Below are positions 46,783 to 54,520 of a stretch of 64,000 bases of DNA, one piece after another. The number at the start of each line of letters is the position of its first letter. Within the stretch, counting starts at the first letter, position 1. A model generated the notes under the pieces. That model was not told the DNA's origin, did not search any database, and worked only from the letters and a program-made list of their open reading frames with translations. Location: NCBI GenBank assembly GCA_051252375.1, contig JBPOFY010000003.1:224001-288000 (forward strand), read 5' to 3'. The translations under genes and the position numbers were made by a program. Origin of the DNA: Opitutaceae bacterium. GTDB lineage: Bacteria; Verrucomicrobiota; Verrucomicrobiia; Opitutales; Coraliomargaritaceae.

Positions 46783-47559
46783 ATGTTTAGGAAATGTATT
46801 CTTTCAGTTGTTGCATTGATTTGCGCTGGCTTCTCGTTCGCGGCGCAGCCGAAGCAGTTAGACCTTTATCTCCTCATTGGGCAGTCGAACATGGCAGGCC
46901 GAGGGGAGGTGGCGTCGCAGGACCTTAAGAAGCATTCGCGTGTTTGGACACTCGATAAAGAGAATCAATGGGTGTTGGCGCAGGATCCGATTCACTTCGA
47001 TAAGAAGTCTGCTGGCGTCGGACCAGGGCGCAGCTTCGGTATCGAGATGGCGGAGCATTCAAGTCAGACTGAGATCGGTTTGGTTCCTTGTGCGGTCGGT
47101 GGCACTTCGATCCGACTCTGGCAGCCAGGTGGCTTTGACTCGAAGACAGAGGCGCATCCTTACGACGACATGTTAGCGCGCCTCAAAGTCGCCATGCAAA
47201 GCGGCACGGTGAAAGGCGTGCTCTGGCATCAGGGCGAAGCGGATGGCAAGATGGGCGAACGTGGCAAATACGAGCCTGCTTTGACCGAACTAATCGATCG
47301 TGTCCGCACTGAATGCGGCAACCCAGACCTGCCATTCGTGATTGGCCAACTGGGGCAGTTTGAAGGACGCCCTTGGTCGGATGGTCGTAAGCTAGTCGAT
47401 GCGGCGCAGCAAGCTGTCGCCGAGAACTCACCCTTTGTCGGATTCGTCTCCTCTGAAGGACTTGAAGATCGGGGAGACCAGACACACTTTAGTGCCGATG
47501 CCGCCCGCGAGCTCGGTAAGCGCTTTGCTGCAAAAATGATCCAACTACAGAACCAATGA
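46783..47559 (+). CDS. Sialate O-acetylesterase (SASA)/CE6-like carbohydrate esterase
   Basis: LIGQSNMAGRG; CAVGGTSI; WHQGEAD; DQTHFS; signal peptide from ATG 46783. Confidence 0.9.
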   Translation: MFRKCILSVVALICAGFSFAAQPKQLDLYLLIGQSNMAGRGEVASQDLKKHSRVWTLDKENQWVLAQDPIHFDKKSAGVGPGRSFGIEMAEHSSQTEIGLVPCAVGGTSIRLWQPGGFDSKTEAHPYDDMLARLKVAMQSGTVKGVLWHQGEADGKMGERGKYEPALTELIDRVRTECGNPDLPFVIGQLGQFEGRPWSDGRKLVDAAQQAVAENSPFVGFVSSEGLEDRGDQTHFSADAARELGKRFAAKMIQLQNQ

Positions 47560-48959
47560 AGAAGTCTTTTATCTTTTCAGCTGCGCTCGTCGCCGTGTGT
47601 CATTTGTTGCCACTTGCCCTGCATGCTCGTGATCGTGAGCAGCCGAACGTTTTAGTCATACTCACTGATCAGCAGTTTGCTGATGTTATGAGCTGTGCGG
47701 GATCAGAGTGGGTCAAGACGCCCGCGATGGATTCTATTGCAAAGCAGGGGGTGCGATTTCCGAATGCCTATGTGAACTATCCGGTCTGTATGCCAGAGCG
47801 CTACAGCATGTTTACGGGCCGCTTGCCGATTACTCGGTATGATGCGGACGAAAACAATAAGCCGATCATTTCACTGGGTAATCAGGCGAAGCTGGCTGGT
47901 TACGATACGGCCTATTTTGGCAAGTGGCATATTCAGGATGAAACCTTCTCCGGAGACGATGTCGCGAATCACGGCTTCGACCTGCACACCGGCGGTAAGG
48001 ATAAGACCATGACCAAGAATGCCATCAAGTTTCTCTCAGGGAAACGTGACAAGCCCTTCCTGGCGGTGGTGTCCTACTACAACCCTCATGATATCTGTGA
48101 ATGGGGACGTAAGAAGGCAGGGCAAACAGAGCGTGTGAAAATGGCCAATGGCGAGCTCACCATCGATCCGCACCTCGAGCAATGCCCGCCGCTGCCGGAT
48201 AATTACCAGATCAACGACGACGAATCGGAAGCCGTCGCGATCCGCCGCACATTAGAAAGTAAAGGCGAGCCCAATGCGCAGAAGATCGCGATGGATTTCA
48301 CGAAGGAAGAATGGCGCCAATACCGCTGGGCCTACAATCGACTCGTCGAGATGGTCGATGGGCATATCGGTAATCTGCTCGAAGCTCTGGATGACAATGG
48401 GCATCGACGCGACACAGTCATCATCTTTACCAGCGATCACGGTGACGGCTATGGCGCACACCGTTGGCATCAGAAGTCTGTGCTCTACGAGGAATCTTGC
48501 CGTGTGCCTTTCATTGTCAGTTGGCCGGGTGCGGCACGAAAAAATGAAACGGACGAGCGCTTGATCTCAGTCGGCATCGATTTGATGGCCACCGTTTCCG
48601 ATGTCGTCGGTCAGCCTATACCGAGTGGTCCTTACTATGGTCAGAGTGCTTTACCATTTGTTTTCGATGCTCACAGCACCGCGCCGACACACCCTTATGT
48701 CGTCACAGAAGCGGAGGTTCGTATTGCTAAGGGTGATGATATACAGGGCAGGGCAGTGCGCACACCGAAATTCAAATATCACTTGTGGAATCGTGGCGCA
48801 GAGAATGAGCAACTCTTTGATATGATCAATGACCGCGGTGAAATGCGAAACCTCGCCAACGATCCAGCTTATGCAGCCAAACTCGTGGAGCATCGTCAGT
48901 TGCTCAGCTCTTGGCTGGAGACGACAGACGATAACTATACGCTCCCTGAGTTGAAGTAA
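47556..48959 (+). CDS. Sulfatase (S1, choline-sulfatase-like)
   Basis: PNVLVILTDQQ; CMPERYSMFTGR; FGKWHI; NPHD; TSDHGD; LYEESCRVP. Confidence 0.93.
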   Translation: MKKSFIFSAALVAVCHLLPLALHARDREQPNVLVILTDQQFADVMSCAGSEWVKTPAMDSIAKQGVRFPNAYVNYPVCMPERYSMFTGRLPITRYDADENNKPIISLGNQAKLAGYDTAYFGKWHIQDETFSGDDVANHGFDLHTGGKDKTMTKNAIKFLSGKRDKPFLAVVSYYNPHDICEWGRKKAGQTERVKMANGELTIDPHLEQCPPLPDNYQINDDESEAVAIRRTLESKGEPNAQKIAMDFTKEEWRQYRWAYNRLVEMVDGHIGNLLEALDDNGHRRDTVIIFTSDHGDGYGAHRWHQKSVLYEESCRVPFIVSWPGAARKNETDERLISVGIDLMATVSDVVGQPIPSGPYYGQSALPFVFDAHSTAPTHPYVVTEAEVRIAKGDDIQGRAVRTPKFKYHLWNRGAENEQLFDMINDRGEMRNLANDPAYAAKLVEHRQLLSSWLETTDDNYTLPELK

Positions 48960-48984
48960 TGGTCTCGTCCAACCTACGGTGTGA

Positions 48985-49138
48985 TAAACCGTCCGCTTTG
49001 CTAGAGAACGCGGAGAGCGCAGAGATCGATCAAGATCGAAGTCTTTGAATTGAGTTTAGACGCATCCGCTTTAAGGTTGCATCCATTAACTAGCACAAGC
49101 CCTCTGCGTCCTAGTGACCGTAGGGAGCGGGCGGTTAA
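48985..49138. repeat. Palindromic element with degenerate 9-bp repeats (copy 2, inverted relative to copy 1)
   Basis: AACCGTCCGCTTTGCT-AGAGAACGC-GGAGAGCGC-AGAG ... CTCTGCGTCCTAGTGACCGTAGGGAGCGGGCGGTTAA. Confidence 0.55.
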
Positions 49139-49192
49139 TGAGAATTAGGGGGCAGGAGTCGGGGCCCCATTGTGCGGAGCCCCTATGCCAGA

Positions 49193-52100
49193 TTATTGCT
49201 GCCAGACACGAACTCGGAAGAAGTTCTCAGTATCACTCGGTGTCGTATCAATGATGAATTGTAGCTCGCCGCCGTTGCCTGGGATGACATTGCCGACATC
49301 TCCCCAATCTGGAGGTGAAAGGTGGTCCGTTTCTTGGGCTTGATAGTTATGCCCGAGCTCAGAGTTCTGTATGGAGAAACCGAAGGTATCATTACCTAGG
49401 TCTACATTGAGCGAATCGATGACAATATTTGCAATGACGACTGGGTTGGACGGCACGGCCGAGACTTGTGAGGAGTCGCTGCTGTTGACTGCGCTGGTGG
49501 AGGCAAAGACCACATAGTAATAACGGGTGCCCGGGCTTAGACCAGTCGTGTCGGGATAGCTTGGCGAGCCGAGACCAGTTGCGACGTTGCTGTATGGTCC
49601 TCCGCTTACTGTGGCTCGTCTTACGGTGTAGCTGGTCGCTCCAGTGACGCTGCTCCAGCTCAGGTCGATCTGAGAGGAACTTATGGTGGTGGCTGTCAGG
49701 CCGATCGGAGTGTCTAGTGGAAGCGCCGCATTCGCCACGTTTGAATTCACGCTTTCGACGGCACCATTGACTGCTCTGACCACATAGTAGTAAGTGACAC
49801 CGACTGATGGGGGGGCGTCGCTGGTGCTGGTCGTCGCCAGACCACTGGCGACTTCTGTGTAGGTGCCGCCCGAGCTGGTCGAGCGCAAGACCCTGTAGCT
49901 GGTGGCTCCTGAAACTGCATTCCAGGCGAGGTCAATCTGGGTGCTGCCGTTTGCCGTGGCAGTGAGACCTGTTGGTGCAACGAGTGGAAGGGTTGCCGTG
50001 GCAATGTTGGAGTCCGCGCTTTCAACAGCACCATTGAGGGCTCTGACCACATAAAAATACGGAACTCCGACCGATGCGGTGGCGTCGCTCGTGCTGGTCG
50101 TCGCTAGGCCGCTTGCGATTTCTGTGTAGGTGCCACCCGAGCTGGTCGAACGCAAGACTCTGTAGCTGGTGGCTCCGGAGACGGCATTCCATGCGAGGTC
50201 AATCTGGGTGGTCCCGTTTGCCGTGGCATTGAGTCCCGTAGGTGCGGAAGGGGTGCCTGCGGCTGGCAGGATGAGCTCGAACCAGTTCAGATTAAACATT
50301 GCACCAGTGCCGTTTTGATTGGAGCCGGCTGCGGTATATACGAGATAGAGGTCATGCGTGCCAGCAGTGGCAGCCAGAGGTGTCTCAATGGTGAGCCATC
50401 CTTGCCAGTCGCCGGTAACCGGGATTGCTGTGCGACCAATGACTGGGCCTGTTTGGCTGCCTGTGCGGATCTCAATTTCGCCATCTGGTTTTCCTGACGG
50501 AGCCGCGATGCGAAAGCGGATGTTAGTAGCGTTTGACAAGTCAATGTCGTCATAGGAAGTCCAGTTGCCATCATTGATGTTACTCAAGTTCAGCCCCACT
50601 CCGATATCGGTAGTGGTTTCGGTGCTATGTGATGCCGGACTGCTGCTGTTGTAGCTCTCCGCTTCGATGCGTGTGTAGGTGCCGACTTCAGGCTCTAAGA
50701 GGATTTCGAAGCAGTAGGCGGAATTGTCTTGGGCGAGGGAAACGACGGATGTGTTGGTTGCAGCCGTAATGGTTGAAGTTTCGCCTTCATCGGAGACGCC
50801 GTCGATCTGACTCCAGCGTGTGACCTTGATTGGATAATCGCTGATGGTTCGACCCGTTGGATTGATGGTGATCGGGTAATCTGTGTTGGAGTGATTGAGG
50901 ACCCATACGGTCATCAAGTTGCCGCGAATCAGTGCGGATACAGCAGAATCTGCGTCTGCTTGGTCTGGATCAGGATCCCAATATACTTTCAATTCATCGG
51001 GCTCATTGACCTCCAATGCGTATCCTCTATTAGAGGTGTTCGTGAGTTTCTCGAACATGTAATATTTCACGCTGCGCGCTGAATTGACGATATAGGAGTG
51101 CCCTTGGTTCGGGGTGCCGACCGCCAGCCAGCCACTAATGCCTGAGAACCCTGCGTTGATACATTCCATCATGTAGGCGTAAGTGAGAACCTCGTCGGCG
51201 TTCGAGGTGCTCTTCCAACCATGCAGCTCTGTATTCCAAGCTTCCGGAACAACTTCACCAGAATAGACCGACTCCAGTCTGTCGACGAAGTCCTGTGCTG
51301 TTCCACCTTTGTCGGTGTTGTGGCATGATGCGATATCGACCGCGTCTCTTCTCAAACCAGTATAGAGACCGCTCAACCACGATCTGCCTTGTGTATAACT
51401 CCAAGCGGAGGGGCCGACTAATTCGGGGATATCATCGGCTACGAGCGTAACCGTCGGATAATCAGGGTGTATGACAGGCTTGGTGCCTGTTTCGGCCACA
51501 TAGGCGTCGAATAGAGCAGTGATGTCTTTAAAGTCTGTGCCGGTTATGTAATTCCATTCATTGGTGAGGTCCATGTAGGAGATTTTGAAACCGTGATGCT
51601 TCATGAGTATCAGATAGCGGAGCAGATACTCGGAGCATTTGACCTCGTCGAAGTTGAAATTGCTGCTGCTGCCGGTGCTGCCGGTGATCCACTGGGGATA
51701 GGGTTGCCATGCGACATTGTTGGTCGCTTCATCCAGTGGACGTGGCGACGCGAAGAACTTGATGTCTGGATTGGCGGCTTGCATATCCTGCATCATGGGA
51801 ATGATGCGGTCGTTGCTGGTGCCGCCACCTTCATTGTCGTCCAGATCCCAGTAGGCATCTTCCTGGAGGACGCCTTCGGTCAATTCGTATTTGGCGTTGA
51901 TCGCCACACGGACATAGTCGACATCGCAATCAGCGACTGACCATTCTGCGAATCGGTCTCTGAGTGAAGCGGCACCCGTCCAAAACCAGAGGCGCTCGTA
52001 ATCGATGCCATAGCGCATCTGCTGCTGTGGTGTATTGCCAACTGTTAATATCAGGGGATCTCCGGGCTCTTCAACGACTGCGATTTGCAGAGCGTTGACT

Positions 52101-54049
52101 TGCGCTGTGCCTGTATTGCTCCAACTGCTTCCAGCGTTGTTGGTGCCGCGTATCGAAAATGTTTGGATTCCCGAAGTGGCAGTAAATGTGCCCACGATCG
52201 AGTCTCCTGAGGCATCTGCGGCAGGAGTATTATTTAGGTCTGAGAGACCTGCTGTGCCCGCAATAAGGCTGTCGGCATGGCTTTGTGAGCCATCACTGAA
52301 ACCAACTTTGAAATCGGAATTTCGACTGCCTCGGGCATCATTGGTAAAAACCTGAATCTGATAGTCTGTGCCTGGCGTCAGTCCAGAAATAGTAAAGGTG
52401 TTGAGTGACCAATGTCCGCTCTGAAGGACGTTAAAAATGTCTCCGTTGTTACTAAATCCGCCATCGCCGAAAGCATTGTTACTCTCACTTGCTGTGGTCG
52501 CTTGAATGGTGACGCCACTGCTGACATCTGTGTAACCGGCTGTGAGCTCTGTCGAATCCACATTTTCGAAGGCGACATTATTGAGGGTGATGGACCCCGC
52601 AGTGCTAGCCACGTTCGTGGCATTGTAGGCGAGGACCAAGCTCTCGGACCAATTATTTACGAAAGCCTCCGTCGTCGAACCTGGATACATATCAACTGCA
52701 GGCTCCCATTCGATGAATGGATCTTGGAGGCGACGAACTTGGATGGCATTCAACTGTGCGCGTCCCCAGTTGTTGCTACCATTGAGTGTTCCAGCAACGC
52801 TGAAAGATTTAGTCTCAGCGGTCGCGGTGAAAGTGCCGACCACAAATTGGCCAGAGTTGGGGTAGGTGGCATCATTGGTATCTAAGATCACATTGGTTGC
52901 GCCATCGAGGACTGTGACGAATGTTGGATCCCGACCTGCGTCTTGTGCCCAGTATTGGATTAGATATTCTTCACCAATTGTTAGCCCGCTCAATATAACC
53001 GTATCGGTGCTGAATTCCAGGGTTTCACCATCGATGGAATCGCCACCTTGCCAGAACCCATCATCTACAATACCACCATAGTCGGAGCTACCTCCACCGA
53101 AGTTAGCGGCATTGCGAAATTTACTGCTGAAGCCGACCTGATCGTCAGCATCCAGAGCACCATAGGAGAGGAATGAGACCTCAGCGCCATTTTTACCGGT
53201 CACAGTGACGGATGAGCTTCCGTCACCACTGGTACTGGCATCAATCGCGAATACTAAAATGCCGTCTGTCTCGACATCCGCAGCTGCTGTGGTAATCGTC
53301 TGTGGCGTGCCCCAGTTGATAGTGTCAATTTCATCAATTTGACGTAGTTGAATGGCATTTAGCTGCGCGCGATCATAGTCGGTGCTCCCATTATATGCTC
53401 CGGATACGCTGAAAGTTTGAGTGGTGGCGTCTGCGGTAAATGTACCCACCACAAATTGCCCAAAGTCGGTGGCGTAGCCAGCGTCGGTATCCAATATCAG
53501 ATTGGTTGCGCCATCGATGACTGTTGTGAAGAATGAATTCCGGTCTGCATCTTGTGCCCAGTATTGTATCAGGTATGTTTCACCAATTGTTAGCCCGCTC
53601 AATACCACTGTATCGGTGGCGAATGCCGGCGTATTATAATTGACCGCATTAGAATCGTGGAAAAAACCGTCATCTACGATATCACCATAGTCGGAGTTAC
53701 CACTGTCGAAGTCCGCGCTATCGCGAAATTTACTACTGAAACCGGTAATTGATTCCGCATTCACTGCATCGTAGGCGAGGAATTCGACCTCAGTGCCATT
53801 TTTACCTGCCACCGTGGTGGATGAGGTGCCATCGCCGCTGCTGCTAGCATCAATCGCGTAGATTAGGATACCGTTTGTCTCTACATCGTTTTCCGCAGTG
53901 GAAATCGTCTGAGGCGTGCCCCAGGTTATGGGCGCTGCGTCTAGGCTTAATGACGCGACGAACGGTGTGATTGCAGTGAGGAATAGTCGCGCATATCGGG
54001 CGATATTCTGAGCTGATAGGGGGTGGTTTTGGTGAGGCATGCTAAGCAT
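49193..54049 (-). CDS. Multidomain secreted glycoside hydrolase: ~3 N-terminal repeats, clan-A (GH30-like) barrel, CBM6, 3x FN3, C-terminal module
   Basis: Repeats (W)GTPQTI...QLNAIQ; LTNEW and WNTELHG (candidate acid/base and nucleophile); IEAESY...TGDWQGW...NLNWF (CBM6); three LxW..V.GATSY FN3 domains; ends ENFFRVRVWQQ. Confidence 0.75.
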   Translation of the reverse strand: MLSMPHQNHPLSAQNIARYARLFLTAITPFVASLSLDAAPITWGTPQTISTAENDVETNGILIYAIDASSSGDGTSSTTVAGKNGTEVEFLAYDAVNAESITGFSSKFRDSADFDSGNSDYGDIVDDGFFHDSNAVNYNTPAFATDTVVLSGLTIGETYLIQYWAQDADRNSFFTTVIDGATNLILDTDAGYATDFGQFVVGTFTADATTQTFSVSGAYNGSTDYDRAQLNAIQLRQIDEIDTINWGTPQTITTAAADVETDGILVFAIDASTSGDGSSSVTVTGKNGAEVSFLSYGALDADDQVGFSSKFRNAANFGGGSSDYGGIVDDGFWQGGDSIDGETLEFSTDTVILSGLTIGEEYLIQYWAQDAGRDPTFVTVLDGATNVILDTNDATYPNSGQFVVGTFTATAETKSFSVAGTLNGSNNWGRAQLNAIQVRRLQDPFIEWEPAVDMYPGSTTEAFVNNWSESLVLAYNATNVASTAGSITLNNVAFENVDSTELTAGYTDVSSGVTIQATTASESNNAFGDGGFSNNGDIFNVLQSGHWSLNTFTISGLTPGTDYQIQVFTNDARGSRNSDFKVGFSDGSQSHADSLIAGTAGLSDLNNTPAADASGDSIVGTFTATSGIQTFSIRGTNNAGSSWSNTGTAQVNALQIAVVEEPGDPLILTVGNTPQQQMRYGIDYERLWFWTGAASLRDRFAEWSVADCDVDYVRVAINAKYELTEGVLQEDAYWDLDDNEGGGTSNDRIIPMMQDMQAANPDIKFFASPRPLDEATNNVAWQPYPQWITGSTGSSSNFNFDEVKCSEYLLRYLILMKHHGFKISYMDLTNEWNYITGTDFKDITALFDAYVAETGTKPVIHPDYPTVTLVADDIPELVGPSAWSYTQGRSWLSGLYTGLRRDAVDIASCHNTDKGGTAQDFVDRLESVYSGEVVPEAWNTELHGWKSTSNADEVLTYAYMMECINAGFSGISGWLAVGTPNQGHSYIVNSARSVKYYMFEKLTNTSNRGYALEVNEPDELKVYWDPDPDQADADSAVSALIRGNLMTVWVLNHSNTDYPITINPTGRTISDYPIKVTRWSQIDGVSDEGETSTITAATNTSVVSLAQDNSAYCFEILLEPEVGTYTRIEAESYNSSSPASHSTETTTDIGVGLNLSNINDGNWTSYDDIDLSNATNIRFRIAAPSGKPDGEIEIRTGSQTGPVIGRTAIPVTGDWQGWLTIETPLAATAGTHDLYLVYTAAGSNQNGTGAMFNLNWFELILPAAGTPSAPTGLNATANGTTQIDLAWNAVSGATSYRVLRSTSSGGTYTEIASGLATTSTSDATASVGVPYFYVVRALNGAVESADSNIATATLPLVAPTGLTATANGSTQIDLAWNAVSGATSYRVLRSTSSGGTYTEVASGLATTSTSDAPPSVGVTYYYVVRAVNGAVESVNSNVANAALPLDTPIGLTATTISSSQIDLSWSSVTGATSYTVRRATVSGGPYSNVATGLGSPSYPDTTGLSPGTRYYYVVFASTSAVNSSDSSQVSAVPSNPVVIANIVIDSLNVDLGNDTFGFSIQNSELGHNYQAQETDHLSPPDWGDVGNVIPGNGGELQFIIDTTPSDTENFFRVRVWQQ

Positions 54050-54233
54050 ATCAAATGCAGGTAATGAGGAAATCGGAAGGGGAGGATTTTCAGATCCAAC
54101 TCCTCAAGGTAGAGAGCTGGGTGTTGATCCGTTTAACTGGTCAGATCGGATAGAAGTATCGTAATTCAATTGCGAGAAAATGCAAATGGGGTTTTTACAC
54201 TATTTATTACGCGAAATGGAATACTTTCGGTAG

Positions 54234-54245
54234 TCAACCGCTTGA
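54234..54245. promoter_or_regulatory. Motif B (TCAACCGCTTGA)
   Basis: ~185 bp upstream of the GH30-like gene. Confidence 0.6.
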
Positions 54246-54320
54246 ATTTTTGAGGATTTTTTCTGCGTAAGACAGCCTAACGGATCTGTGATATTAGTTC
54301 AAAGCCTGAGAGGGTGGGTT

Positions 54321-54506
54321 GTTAAGGATAACGATCCCTACCGGGTAGGGCGCGATATCCCTATCGCGCCGCAGCGTTGTTGGTTTTGTTTTAGGTGGTA
54401 GGTCGTGCCAGCGTTGGCGGATCGTTAAGGATAACGATCCCTACCGGCTAGGGCGCGATATCCTGCCTGTCGAACGAGTCGAACATATCGCGCCGCAGCG
54501 TTATTG
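54321..54506. repeat. Tandem GTAG-REP mosaic (BIME-like), period 103 bp
   Basis: GTTAAGGATAACGATCCCTACCGG(G/C)TAGGGCGCGATATCC...TATCGCGCCGCAGCGTT occurs at 54321 and 54424; same REP family as 28152. Confidence 0.75.
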
Positions 54507-54520
54507 GATCGTTGGTATCT

